DNA of 64,000 nt from Candidatus Woesearchaeota archaeon (GTDB lineage: Archaea; Nanobdellota; Nanobdellia; SCGC-AAA011-G17; PNOQ01), in contig CAYFOF010000001.1 of the NCBI GenBank assembly GCA_964344655.1, forward strand, positions 159,773-223,772, read 5' to 3'. Both the position numbers and the translations under genes were made by a program. The notes under the pieces are model-generated. The model saw only the letters and a program-made list of their open reading frames with translations. It had not been told where the DNA came from and ran no database searches. This document shows positions 1 through 9,235 of this stretch, one piece after another; positions within the stretch are counted from its first letter, which is position 1; each line of letters opens with the position of its first letter.

Positions 1-315
1 AGTAATCAAGTGGTTTTAGATATATATTTGGTTAGAGATTCTAGAGGGGAAGTTGTTTCTGAAACTTATGAAGGTCAAAATTTAATAGATGTAAAAGTTA
101 GTGTTGGAAAATCTGGAGATTTCTTTGAATGTGCTCCGAGTACACAAGAGGGATTAATTGAGTTTAAAGAGGGATCTAAGAAAATTACATGTATTAATCA
201 AATGACTTTAGATGAGAATGCTTATCAAGATTCTATAAATATAGATTTAGTGTATGGCTATAAAGTCGTACAACCAATAAGAAATATTCAATTAAAGGAG
301 GGAATAATAAGATGA
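1..315 (+). CDS. hypothetical protein, 3' fragment (ORF runs off the window start)
   Basis: Frame 1 is open from base 1. The stop at 313-315 overlaps the ATG of the next gene (ATGA), which suggests an operon with the downstream lipoprotein. No family recognised. Confidence 0.4.
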   Translation, partial: SNQVVLDIYLVRDSRGEVVSETYEGQNLIDVKVSVGKSGDFFECAPSTQEGLIEFKEGSKKITCINQMTLDENAYQDSINIDLVYGYKVVQPIRNIQLKEGIIR

Positions 316-1220
316 AAGGGTTGTTTTTTGTTTTTACAGCGATGTTATTAATTAGTGGATGTAGTAATAATGAAGTTATTGAGGATGGTCCATTTGTGGG
401 AGGATCTTCTGGAGTTTCATTATCTTTTGTTACAGGAGCACCTGTTTCTGAATTTTCAGTTTCAGAAGGAGTTCCAGTACAAGTTATGTTAAAGAATAAT
501 GGTGAATATGATTTGCCTTTAAATTCTGCTGAATTATCTTTGTATGGATTGAAGATGTCTGATTATGGATTAACTTCAGATTACAAAGTTGTTGAAGGTG
601 GCTTATTAGGTATAAAGAAAGATTTCATTGAAGAAGGTGCAGAAAGAATAGTTGATATGGGAACAATGAAATATACTGGAAGTGTTACAACAAGTTTAGA
701 AGCGAATTTGAAAGCAAAAGTATGTTATCCATATAGGACTGAAGCAAGAATTAGTGCATGTGCATTATCTAGGAATATAATTGCTGCAGGCGGAGAGAGT
801 GTTTGTGATATTGCTGGAGAGAAATATTCTTCTACGAGAGTAAGTAGTTCTCCTGTTCAAATAACAAGTTTTACTGAGGCCTTGAGTGGAAGTAGTGAAG
901 TTATGTTTAGAATAGAAATTGAGAACAAAGGAATGGGTAATGTTTATGCAAACAATGCTGAATGTTCTAGTTTAGATGGAACTACATTAGATAAAGATAA
1001 GGTTTACTATACAATTGATCAAGAGGATGTTGTTTGTACATCTTTTGATGGTGTAGAATCTAATGAAGGATATTTGAAATTAAGCAATGGTAAGAAGACT
1101 TTAATATGTTCAATGCCAGTTGAAGAAGGTGGATCTGGATATACTACTGAACTTCCAATATACTTAGATTTCAAGTATGTAGAAAGTACATCTAAAGATT
1201 TAACAATTTTAGAAGCATAA
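312..1220 (+). CDS. putative secreted lipoprotein, function unknown
   Basis: N-terminal signal peptide ends in a lipobox-like LISGC. The mature part is beta-rich and contains Cys. ATGA coupling to the upstream ORF. Confidence 0.6.
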   Translation: MKGLFFVFTAMLLISGCSNNEVIEDGPFVGGSSGVSLSFVTGAPVSEFSVSEGVPVQVMLKNNGEYDLPLNSAELSLYGLKMSDYGLTSDYKVVEGGLLGIKKDFIEEGAERIVDMGTMKYTGSVTTSLEANLKAKVCYPYRTEARISACALSRNIIAAGGESVCDIAGEKYSSTRVSSSPVQITSFTEALSGSSEVMFRIEIENKGMGNVYANNAECSSLDGTTLDKDKVYYTIDQEDVVCTSFDGVESNEGYLKLSNGKKTLICSMPVEEGGSGYTTELPIYLDFKYVESTSKDLTILEA

Positions 1221-1232
1221 GCTTTTAAAATT
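1218..1232 (+). promoter_or_regulatory. BRE/TATA-like element (AAGCTTTTAAAA) about 30 nt upstream of the UDG start
   Basis: AAAG-N-TTTWWA motif recurs at a fixed distance from many ATGs in this window. Confidence 0.45.
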
Positions 1233-1252
1233 TAATTTCTTTCTTTTTTATT

Positions 1253-1804
1253 ATGATTGAGTTAAGAGAATTAGAGGATGCTGCAAAGAAGCATGAATTG
1301 TATAAAAATGTTATTTCTACTGGAGGTAATATAGTTTTTTATCGTGGGAATTTGGAAAATCCAGAATATTTATTTATTGGTGAAGCTCCGGGACAAACGG
1401 AAAATAGGGAAGGAAAACCTTTTGTTGGTAGGAGTGGGAAATTATTAGATGGTTGGATGGAAAGTATTGGAATAAATAACTTTGTTGTAATTAATACAGT
1501 TCCGATTATTCCTTTAACTCCAGAAGGAGGGATTAGAAAACCAACTAAATCTGAAATTGATTATTTTAGGCCTTATGTTGATAAATTGATTAAAGTGATT
1601 AATCCTGGAAAAATTATTTGTTTAGGGAAAAGTGCTTTAGAATATGTTGGATTGGATTTGAAAAATTTAACTTGGAAAGATAATATTGGGTTTATTTATC
1701 ATCCTGCTTTTTATTTAAGGAGAGGAATGAGTGGTATTGAAGATTTTAAGAAATTAGTTGAGAGTAAAGGTAGTCAGAAAGATTTATTTGACTTTTCTAG
1801 CTAA
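1253..1804 (+). CDS. udg: uracil-DNA glycosylase superfamily protein (family 4/5-like)
   Basis: Motif GEAPGQTENREGKPFVGRSGKLL matches the family 4 pattern GEAPG..E..G.PFVG.sG.LL. C-terminal HPAFYLRRG matches the HPS..LR motif. No obvious Fe-S cysteine set. Confidence 0.75.
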   Translation: MIELRELEDAAKKHELYKNVISTGGNIVFYRGNLENPEYLFIGEAPGQTENREGKPFVGRSGKLLDGWMESIGINNFVVINTVPIIPLTPEGGIRKPTKSEIDYFRPYVDKLIKVINPGKIICLGKSALEYVGLDLKNLTWKDNIGFIYHPAFYLRRGMSGIEDFKKLVESKGSQKDLFDFSS

Positions 1805-1942
1805 GTTTCTGTATTTGCTTAATTTATCAGTTTCAGAATATTTTGCGGGTTTTGGATTTTCTGCTTTTTCTCCGCATTTTGGACAGGTTTTTTCTAATGT
1901 GAATGTGTTACATTTTTCACATTTTAGAATTTGAAGTTTCAT
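1784..1942 (-). CDS. nop10: H/ACA RNP protein Nop10 (52 aa, not in ORF track)
   Basis: Hand translation gives MKLQILKCEKCNTFTLEKTCPKCGEKAENPKPAKYSETDKLSKYRNLARKVK. This has the Nop10 zinc-ribbon pattern C..C...TL...CP.CG plus P.+yS..D.y..yR. Its ATG overlaps the aIF2-alpha stop (ATGA). Confidence 0.8.
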   Translation of the reverse strand: MKLQILKCEKCNTFTLEKTCPKCGEKAENPKPAKYSETDKLSKYRNLARKVK

Positions 1943-2709
1943 TCTCTTTTAAATTCGCCGTGACCTTTAGCTTTTTCTATTTTTTCTATTATTTCTTCTT
2001 GAGCGTTTTTTAGAATTCCTTCAGCAGTCTTATAGTCTGAAGCTTTTACAGAAATGCTGTATTTTGGAGCACTTATGTAACTTATTTTTATATCTCCTTT
2101 TTGTGCATTAATTAATATTTTTTTGATTACTTCTATTCCATTTGGTTCTTCTGATATTAGTTTTAAAGTTCCTTTAATTTCTACTTCTGGAGCTTTTATT
2201 TTATCTTTTACAGTTTCTAAAATTAATTTTTCAGTTTCTTTTTCTAATTTTAATTCTTTTATTGCTTCATCATCTAGTACAAATCTTTGGAATGCATCAT
2301 AGATTCCACCGTATGTTTCGATTAATTTAAATCCGGCTTCTGCATACATTGTTTTTAGATCTTTTTTTAGTTGTTTTCCAATGTATTCTAGTAATTTTTC
2401 TGCTTTTTGTTCTTGTTTGTATTCATTTATTTTGTTAACACGTTGCATTGTGTTAACTCTTCTTATAGAAATATCAATTTGGTTTTTATCTTTTTTTACG
2501 TTTAAAACTTTACAGACTATTTTTTTCCCTTCTTTTACATAATCTCTTATGTTTCTAATTCTACCTGGAGAAATTTCAGAAATATGAATCATTCCGTCTA
2601 GGTTTTTATATTCGTCTAATTTTGCAAAAACAGAATGATAAAGGATTTTAGTAACTGTACAAATTACTATTTCTCCTTGTTCGGGTACTCCCGATTTTTT
2701 ATAGAACAT
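1939..2709 (-). CDS. eif2a: translation initiation factor aIF2 alpha subunit
   Basis: N-terminal S1 domain (GEIVICTVTKILYHSVFAKLDEY..DGMIHISEIS). Length and domain order are typical of aIF2-alpha. It sits in the conserved L44e-S27e-aIF2a-Nop10 context. Confidence 0.9.
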   Translation of the reverse strand: MFYKKSGVPEQGEIVICTVTKILYHSVFAKLDEYKNLDGMIHISEISPGRIRNIRDYVKEGKKIVCKVLNVKKDKNQIDISIRRVNTMQRVNKINEYKQEQKAEKLLEYIGKQLKKDLKTMYAEAGFKLIETYGGIYDAFQRFVLDDEAIKELKLEKETEKLILETVKDKIKAPEVEIKGTLKLISEEPNGIEVIKKILINAQKGDIKISYISAPKYSISVKASDYKTAEGILKNAQEEIIEKIEKAKGHGEFKRE

Positions 2710-2715
2710 TTTGAA

Positions 2716-2883
2716 TTATAAAGTTTCAAGAACATTTGCTGTTATTTTGGCTTTTCCGCCAGTGGATTTTGCTAGTACTTCTCCGCACACTAAGCATTTA
2801 ACTTCAGATGAAGCTTTTTCGAAAATTATTTGTTCGTTTTTACATTTACAACGTACTTTTATGAATTTACTTTTTGGGCTCAT
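2716..2883 (-). CDS. rps27e: 30S ribosomal protein S27e (55 aa, not in ORF track)
   Basis: Hand translation gives MSPKSKFIKVRCKCKNEQIIFEKASSEVKCLVCGEVLAKSTGGKAKITANVLETL. It carries the S27e zinc-ribbon signature. Its ATG overlaps the L44e stop. Confidence 0.85.
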   Translation of the reverse strand: MSPKSKFIKVRCKCKNEQIIFEKASSEVKCLVCGEVLAKSTGGKAKITANVLETL

Positions 2884-3197
2884 TTTTGTTCTAACTCCAC
2901 TTTCTTCATTCTTCCCATTGGAAGTATACTTGATTTATTGCAATCTTTACAAGTTAATTTTAATGATATTTTTTTAGATGATTTTGATCCAGTTCTTTTA
3001 AATTTACTAATAGCTGGTTTTGAACCCCATTTTCCAAGATTTCCAAATCCTCTACCTAGGCCTCTTCCTTTAGATCTAGCAATAGATCCTTTCTTTAGAG
3101 TTCCTCTGTTTCCAGTAGTTTTATTTTCTGCTACTTTATGTTCTTTGTGTGTTTTACACTTTTTACAGAACGCTTTTTTTGATTTTGGGAATTTCAT
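2880..3197 (-). CDS. rpl44e: 50S ribosomal protein L44e
   Basis: Sequence CKKCKTHKEHKV...KISLKLTCKDCNKS shows the zinc-ribbon and basic composition typical of L44e/eL42. Confidence 0.9.
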   Translation of the reverse strand: MKFPKSKKAFCKKCKTHKEHKVAENKTTGNRGTLKKGSIARSKGRGLGRGFGNLGKWGSKPAISKFKRTGSKSSKKISLKLTCKDCNKSSILPMGRMKKVELEQK

Positions 3198-3823
3198 ATT
3201 TCTTCAGCCTTTTCTTGTTTTATCAAAAAATCCGCAGTTTCATTCGGGATTTCTATTATTTGTTCATTATTGAATGGCCCGTAACTCTCCATGTCTACTC
3301 CTAAAAATTTAGGAATATCACATAACATTTTGAGCTTTTTGGCTGTTTTGATAGGTTTTTCATTCGTTTTTAAGTCTTTTGGTTTAGATTTTGGAATATC
3401 TATGTTTGGGAGCTGTCCAGAGCTTAATTTGTATAAAACATTTTCTCTGTAGTGATCTAGGTTTTTTGTTAAAATTTTGTAAAATTCTTGTTCTTCTGGA
3501 AGCATTGATGCGGTTTCTTCAGTGTTTATGCTTGTTCTTGAGGATATTAAGCTAGATTGAATTATTTTTGATTCTCTTCTTTCATATAGTTCTTTTATTA
3601 TTCTTTGGATTGATTCTATTTGTTTTCTTGTTTTGTGAACTTCTGTGCTTGTAAATATTGATTTTTTCTTTTCTTGAGATTCTAGAATTTCTTGTTTTTT
3701 GTTTAGATAGTTTATTAGATCATTTAGGAAATTATCTGGAAGTTTTTGTAATTCTGCTCTGTTTTTTTCTCTTCTTAGAAGGTCGTAGAGAGTTTCATAT
3801 GTAATTATTATGTTGTCTTCCAT
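3194..3823 (-). CDS. GINS-like DNA replication protein (Gins51-like), tentative
   Basis: N-terminal LYDLLRREKNRAELQKLPDNFLNDLINYL and ELYERRESKII resemble the GINS A-domain. C-terminal DIPKFLGVDMESYGPF..IEIPNETADFLIKQEKAEEI resembles the B-domain. ATGA-coupled to L44e. Confidence 0.45.
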   Translation of the reverse strand: MEDNIIITYETLYDLLRREKNRAELQKLPDNFLNDLINYLNKKQEILESQEKKKSIFTSTEVHKTRKQIESIQRIIKELYERRESKIIQSSLISSRTSINTEETASMLPEEQEFYKILTKNLDHYRENVLYKLSSGQLPNIDIPKSKPKDLKTNEKPIKTAKKLKMLCDIPKFLGVDMESYGPFNNEQIIEIPNETADFLIKQEKAEEI

Positions 3824-3911
3824 TTGTGTTGTTTTAGAAGGTTGGTCTGTTTTAAAAGATTTCTGTGTTGTTTTCGATATGTTTATAAAAAGTTGTTGTT
3901 GAAGTTTATTT

Positions 3912-4737
3912 ATGAAGATTTTAGTTGTAGGAGACTTCCATGGAAAGTTTCCTGTAAAGTTAAGTAAAATTGCTAAAACATGTGATTTTGTTTTGTCTAC
4001 TGGCGATTTTGGAGGGAGTGATAATTTATTAAAAATTGTTTTTAAATATTTTTATGGAAAATGGTGGGAGATTGTTGGTCCTAAAAAGGCTAAGAAATAT
4101 ATAATGGAAGATTATAATTCTGGTAAAAATATTATTAATAAATTAAATAATCTTAGGGTTCCTGTTTATACAATCCATGGTAATTGGGATTTTGAAGATT
4201 CTGAAGTTAATAAGAGAACAGCAGGAATAAAATTAAAAAAATATTCTGAGATAATTAAAAATAAAAAAAATGTGAATTTTTTAAAAAGGAAAATTATTGA
4301 TGTAGGAGGATTGAAACTTTATGCATTTGGGGGTTCAGTAACTGCATCTATTTATCTTAATCACAAAAAATTTGATAAAAAAAAAGAGACTTAAATATAG
4401 AAAGAAACATGAAAAACAAGAAAAATCTTTATTTAGTAAAAAATCAAATAATCTTGATATTCTTTTAGCCCATTATCCTCCTTATGGATATTTTGATAAG
4501 GTCGATTACCCTGGAGAAAATCCTATGAATGGGAAACATGTTGGTTTTAAGCCATATACAAAATATATTAAAAAATTCAAACCTAAGTTATTTATCTGCG
4601 GACATATGCATGAATATCAAGGTGTAAAAAAATTAGATGATACTCTTATTTTAACCACTGGTGCTGCAAAAGAAGGAAAAGCTGCAGTTCTTGAATATGA
4701 CGATAATAAAAAAATAAAAATAAAACTTATTAACTAG
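3912..4737 (+). pseudogene. calcineurin-like metallophosphoesterase interrupted by a frameshift at an A9 run
   Basis: ORF 3912-4394 carries VVGDFHG, GDFGG and HGNWD. ORF 4372-4737 carries LAHYPP and CGHMHEYQG. Together they make one metallophosphoesterase, and the frames switch at poly-A 4377-4385. Confidence 0.7.
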
Positions 4738-5468
4738 ATTTTTAGTGGTTTGATTGAATTTTTGTTTATTTTTTCTATTAAGTTTAATATTTCGTAATAA
4801 TATGTTAGTGCTTCTTCTCTGTTTTTTGCTGTATATTCTTTTGTTAATCCCGCATGTTTTAGTACGTATTTAAATAGATGGTTCATAACCTTTACTAAAA
4901 ATTTTTCTGGATAATTTGAAACAAATCTATCATTGTCGCATAGGTATGCTAATAAATTATCATATTTTCCATTTTTAGTAAATTTTGAATCAAATAGATC
5001 GTCAAAATTTCCTTTTAGCATTTCATATTCTTTTTTTAATATTTTTGTAATGTCTAATCCTTCTGCTAAACTTGAAGACCAATTTTTTAATAAATGAGGT
5101 AATGAAAAATACACCATCACTTGAAATGCTATATCTTTATTTTTATATTTCCCAATTAATAATACTTCTTCTTGATGTGAAAATCTTGCAAAACATATTA
5201 ATTTTCTATTATAATTTTTCATAAGGTACTTATTTAGATTATTGTGTAATTTATGCAATTCTTTGTAAAATTCTTTTGGATTTGATTTTGGATTTTTTGT
5301 TATGATTAAATCTATGTCATGATTTATATTACAAGATCCTATTGTTCCGTATGTTTGGATGTGTTTTGTTTTGTTTAATTTTTTTATAAGGTATTGTTTT
5401 ACTTCTTGCCAAATATAGTATTCTTTTTCTTTTTCTCCAATTGTTTTGTTTTTTAATTCTTGTTTCAT
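4734..5468 (-). CDS. putative nucleotidyltransferase-domain protein
   Basis: YGTIGSCNINHDIDLII fits the Pol-beta-type NTase motif G[SG]-x(9-13)-D-x-D. The remainder is helical. Confidence 0.45.
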   Translation of the reverse strand: MKQELKNKTIGEKEKEYYIWQEVKQYLIKKLNKTKHIQTYGTIGSCNINHDIDLIITKNPKSNPKEFYKELHKLHNNLNKYLMKNYNRKLICFARFSHQEEVLLIGKYKNKDIAFQVMVYFSLPHLLKNWSSSLAEGLDITKILKKEYEMLKGNFDDLFDSKFTKNGKYDNLLAYLCDNDRFVSNYPEKFLVKVMNHLFKYVLKHAGLTKEYTAKNREEALTYYYEILNLIEKINKNSIKPLKI

Positions 5469-5543
5469 TTTGTTTTATTATTTTATAGTAGTAACTTAAT
5501 TAAGATACATTTAAATATAACTTACCACCCTAGTGGTTATATT

Positions 5544-6269
5544 ATGAAAGAATTAACTTTATTGGGATTAAGTAAAAATGAAGCTAAATTGTATGAGGCT
5601 TTATTGGTTTTAAAGAAATCTGGGGCTGGAGATTTAGCAAAAAAAGCAGATGTTCCCCATAGTAGAGTTTATGATTATCTCGATTCATTAATCCAAAAAG
5701 GGTTTGTTAATATTTTCCCTGGCAAAACTAAACAATTTGTTCCTGCTTCTCCAGATGAGTTGATGGAGATAATTGATAAAAAGAGAGAGGAGTTAGATAA
5801 AACGAAAGAAATTGTTGATGAATTGTCTCAGATATACAAAAATAATCCAGAACAACCTATTGAGTATGCAGTCGGAGAGTCAAATTTTTGGAAATTTATT
5901 TCTAAATTGCCCAAGTCTGAAAAATCTACACGTACGATAAAATGGAATGCTGAGTATCGTCCAGACATAGTGAGGAGATTTAAAGAAAAAAGAAGAAAAA
6001 AAATTAATGTTAAGGTCATGACTAGATTTGACGAATCAACTGAAGAAAATATAAAAAAATGGGCTAAAATAGATAAAAAACTTAAGCCAATTGATAATGA
6101 GGGGGTTGTTATGGAAATTGTTGATGACAAATCAATTTTTATAACTTTAATTGAATCTAATGGAACTTTAGTAATTAGAGATAAGCCATTCATTAAAATG
6201 ATGAAAGATTTATACGATACTAAATATAATTCTATTAAGGAAACTTGCTATGATTTGTTGAAAAAGTAG
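5544..6269 (+). CDS. TrmB-family transcriptional regulator
   Basis: From M29 of the ORF, MKELTLLGLSKNEAKLYEALLVLKKSGAGDLAKKADVPHSRVYDYLDSLIQKGFV is a typical TrmB wHTH. The upstream 28 codons are probably not translated. Confidence 0.7.
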   Translation: MKELTLLGLSKNEAKLYEALLVLKKSGAGDLAKKADVPHSRVYDYLDSLIQKGFVNIFPGKTKQFVPASPDELMEIIDKKREELDKTKEIVDELSQIYKNNPEQPIEYAVGESNFWKFISKLPKSEKSTRTIKWNAEYRPDIVRRFKEKRRKKINVKVMTRFDESTEENIKKWAKIDKKLKPIDNEGVVMEIVDDKSIFITLIESNGTLVIRDKPFIKMMKDLYDTKYNSIKETCYDLLKK

Positions 6270-6305
6270 AAACCTTTTTAATATTATAAACTAAATTTTA
6301 ATTTA

Positions 6306-6881
6306 ATGAAAAGATCTATTTATTTATTCAGGCATGGAACTACTGAAGATAATGCTGCTGGAAAATTTTCTGGTTGGAGACAAACACCTTTAAACAAAAG
6401 AGGAAAAGATGATGCTAGAATAATAGCATTAAGATTGAAAGATAAAAAAATTGAGGTTGCTTTTCAGTCAAGATTAATTAGATCTAAAGATACGTTAAAA
6501 GAAGTTTTAAAACACCATAAAGAATGTAAGACTATTATTACAGATGATAGAATGATTGAAAGATCTTATGGGGACTTACAAGGTAAAACTCATTTGCAAT
6601 ATATTAAGAAAAATTCCCCAGAGAAATATGATAAGTTTCATAGGGGTTACAAAACGAAACCTCCTGGTGGGGAATCTATAAAAGATGTTGAAAAAAGGGT
6701 AAAATCTTTCATAAAAGATTTGATGAAATTAATGAAGAAAAATAAGGTTAATGTTGCAATATCTGCACATGGAAATTCTATGAGACCATTTAGAAGATAT
6801 TTTGAAAAAATGACTGTGAAAGAAATGTTGGCAATAGAAAATCCCTATGATAATTATTTTGAATACAAAATTGATTGTTAA
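6306..6881 (+). CDS. histidine phosphatase family protein (phosphoglycerate mutase-like)
   Basis: RHG motif (LFRHGTTEDN..FSGW) and a second catalytic His (SAHGNSMR) match dPGM/histidine phosphatases. Confidence 0.75.
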   Translation: MKRSIYLFRHGTTEDNAAGKFSGWRQTPLNKRGKDDARIIALRLKDKKIEVAFQSRLIRSKDTLKEVLKHHKECKTIITDDRMIERSYGDLQGKTHLQYIKKNSPEKYDKFHRGYKTKPPGGESIKDVEKRVKSFIKDLMKLMKKNKVNVAISAHGNSMRPFRRYFEKMTVKEMLAIENPYDNYFEYKIDC

Positions 6882-7744
6882 AGATGGTATTTTTTGAGAA
6901 TGTACTTCAATCGGGGAAACTATTGAGTAGGAATTGGAAATTAATTGTTCCTTCTTTTTTAGGGATGTTAATGGCATTGGGGTTTGCTTTGGTTTTTGTC
7001 GTGATGAATGATTTAATTTCTTTAATTAGTACAGATCCTTCAAGTTTATTTATTGCAGGAGGAATTTCTGCTATGGCGAAGAAAGTTTCTTCTGTTTTAA
7101 TTAATCAATCTCAAATTGTTAAAATTGTGTTGAGTTTGTTTGTTTTTATTATAGCTAATTTTATGGCCGGATCTTCTTTAATTGGAATGAAGTATAGTAT
7201 GATTAAAGATACAGTGAATAGAAAAAAGACACCATTAGTTAAATCATTTTTTAAGGGGACAAAATATTATTGGAGAATTGTAGAAATGAGAGCAATGGTT
7301 TTAGTTTTAATTGTTATTCTTTCTATATTATTGAGTTTTCCGTTTTTTATATTGTCTAGGTACTTTGGAGAAAATTCTATATTTGTTTTGTTATCAGTTA
7401 TTTTAGTTTTATTAGTTATTAAGTTAACATTATTCTTTAGATATCCAATATTAGTTAAGAATGAATTGAGAGCAATACCTGCTTTAAATAAAGCAATTAA
7501 TATTTTCAAGAAATATACAAAATACGTATTTTCTACGTGGTTGATTGCAATGTTTATTGTATTCTTCGCTAATTTGTTATTTGATTTTATTAGAATTAGC
7601 GTTACTGATTATTTGTATTATGTTGCTAATTTAGTAGTAATTATGGTTGGATTTTATGTGTTGAAAGAATTATTTATGGTTGTTGTGAATACATTTGTAG
7701 ATATATTTGGGTATGTATCTTATGTTAGACTTCGTAAGAAATAA
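6875..7744 (+). CDS. multi-pass membrane protein, unknown function
   Basis: Several long hydrophobic segments throughout. No recognisable motif. Confidence 0.55.
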   Translation: MLKMVFFENVLQSGKLLSRNWKLIVPSFLGMLMALGFALVFVVMNDLISLISTDPSSLFIAGGISAMAKKVSSVLINQSQIVKIVLSLFVFIIANFMAGSSLIGMKYSMIKDTVNRKKTPLVKSFFKGTKYYWRIVEMRAMVLVLIVILSILLSFPFFILSRYFGENSIFVLLSVILVLLVIKLTLFFRYPILVKNELRAIPALNKAINIFKKYTKYVFSTWLIAMFIVFFANLLFDFIRISVTDYLYYVANLVVIMVGFYVLKELFMVVVNTFVDIFGYVSYVRLRKK

Positions 7745-8621
7745 AATCTTTTGCACAAACTACATTAGGAAATATTTTTTTAGCTTCTTTTTGTATTTCT
7801 GTTGTTGATGTATATCTTTGACTGAAATGAGTTAATACTAGTTTTTTAGATTTAGATTTTTTTGCTAAATTTGCTGCATCTTCTGAAGTCATATGTTTTG
7901 ATTTTTTAGCTTCTTTTTTTAATTCTTTAGAAAATGTTGATTCGGAAATTAGTAAATCTGAATTGTTACTAAATTTAATTAAATCTTTAGTTAATTCAGA
8001 ATCTAAAATTATTGTTAGTTTTTTTCCCGGAATTAAAGTTGTTCCTTTTTCTGGGGTTATTTTTTTACCTTTGAATGTTATTGTTTTTCCTTGTTGTAAT
8101 TTTCCAAGAATTTTATCTTTTGTTAATCCGAATTTTTTAGTATATGTTAGATTTATTCTTCTTTTTTCTTTTTCTTGTATTGAATATGCTAATCCGAAAG
8201 TAGAATGGTTTGTTTTTTGCGAATGTAAAGAAAAATCTTTATTTTCGAAGAATTTTTTATTTGAATTTATTTCTGTAACTTTTATTTTTATTTTTGTATC
8301 TTGGTATTGGAAACTATTTAGCAAGTTATTTAGATACTTTTTAGTGTTTTTTGGACCATATATCTCTAGTGTTTTTGTGTAGTTTGAATGAGATAATGTT
8401 TGCATTAATCCTGGAAGTCCAAGAATATGATCTCCGTGCCAGTGGGTTATCAGTATCTTAGTAATTTTTGCTGGACTGATTTTTTGGATTTTTAATTGGC
8501 GTTGAGTTCCTTCTCCGCAATCAACTAAAATGTTTTCAGATTTATGATTGATTAACATTGATGTGGTGTTTCTGTTTTTTGTTGGAACCATTGATGAAGT
8601 TCCCAAAAATGTTATTTTCAT
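7725..8621 (-). CDS. rnz: ribonuclease Z (tRNA 3' endonuclease)
   Basis: MKITFLGTSS..P, VDCGEGTQRQL and the HWHGDHILGLPGL metallo-beta-lactamase motif. The length is typical of short-form RNase Z. Confidence 0.9.
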   Translation of the reverse strand: MKITFLGTSSMVPTKNRNTTSMLINHKSENILVDCGEGTQRQLKIQKISPAKITKILITHWHGDHILGLPGLMQTLSHSNYTKTLEIYGPKNTKKYLNNLLNSFQYQDTKIKIKVTEINSNKKFFENKDFSLHSQKTNHSTFGLAYSIQEKEKRRINLTYTKKFGLTKDKILGKLQQGKTITFKGKKITPEKGTTLIPGKKLTIILDSELTKDLIKFSNNSDLLISESTFSKELKKEAKKSKHMTSEDAANLAKKSKSKKLVLTHFSQRYTSTTEIQKEAKKIFPNVVCAKDFISYEV

Positions 8622-8642
8622 AGTATTACCATTTAAGAAAGG

Positions 8643-8652
8643 TTTTTAAATA
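8643..8652. promoter_or_regulatory. single near-symmetric TATA box (TTTTTAAATA) shared by divergent rnz and endA
   Basis: The centre is about 26 nt from both the rnz ATG (8621, minus) and the endA ATG (8673, plus). Purine-rich BRE-like sequence flanks both sides (GAAAGG, and CAAAAAC on the complement). Confidence 0.5.
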
Positions 8653-8672
8653 GTTTTTGATTAAGGTTGTTT

Positions 8673-9203
8673 ATGAAAAAAGAAACCATAACTTCTGTTT
8701 TTTCTAATGATGTGATTATGGCTCCTGAAGGAGATATTGCTAGAAGGATTTATGAAAAATCAAGATTTGGAGAACCAAAAGGAAAGAAATTTTACTATTC
8801 TTCTGTTGAAGCTTTGTATTTGTTAGAAAATGGAAAGATGGAAGTTGTAGATGGAAGGGGAAAAAAATTAGATTTTGATAGTTTTGTTAAAAAAGCTAAA
8901 AAGTTAGATTCTAGATTATTAATTAGATATTTAGTGTATAAAGAGATGAGGAAGAGAGGGTATATTGTAAAGACCGCTTTGAAGTTTGGAGCAGACTTTA
9001 GGGTTTATGATAGGGGAGTTAAACCAGGAGAGGATCATGCAAAGTGGGTATTGTTTTGTGTGAACGAGAAGGAATCCTCTACTTGGTATGAATTTTCTGC
9101 AAAAAATAGGGTTGCACATTCTACAAAGAAGAATTTATTGATTGGAGTTGTAGATGATGAGGGGGATGTAACTTTTTATAATATTGCTTGGGTTCGGCCA
9201 TAA
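8673..9203 (+). CDS. endA: tRNA-splicing endonuclease
   Basis: YLVYKEMRKRGYIVKTALKFGADFRVYDRG...HAKWVLFCV is the catalytic-domain pattern of archaeal EndA. Start chosen at the ATG at 8673 rather than the TTG at 8667. Confidence 0.85.
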   Translation: MKKETITSVFSNDVIMAPEGDIARRIYEKSRFGEPKGKKFYYSSVEALYLLENGKMEVVDGRGKKLDFDSFVKKAKKLDSRLLIRYLVYKEMRKRGYIVKTALKFGADFRVYDRGVKPGEDHAKWVLFCVNEKESSTWYEFSAKNRVAHSTKKNLLIGVVDDEGDVTFYNIAWVRP

Positions 9204-9235
9204 GGCTTTTATAATTTGGTTTAAACCCTATTTCT

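Noticed and set aside
2711-3273. Plus-strand ORFs of 88 and 147 aa (2711-2977 and 2830-3273)
   Set aside because: They overlap, on the opposite strand, the clearly recognisable S27e, L44e and GINS-like genes. Their translations are Phe/Leu-rich nonsense typical of antisense frames in AT-rich DNA.
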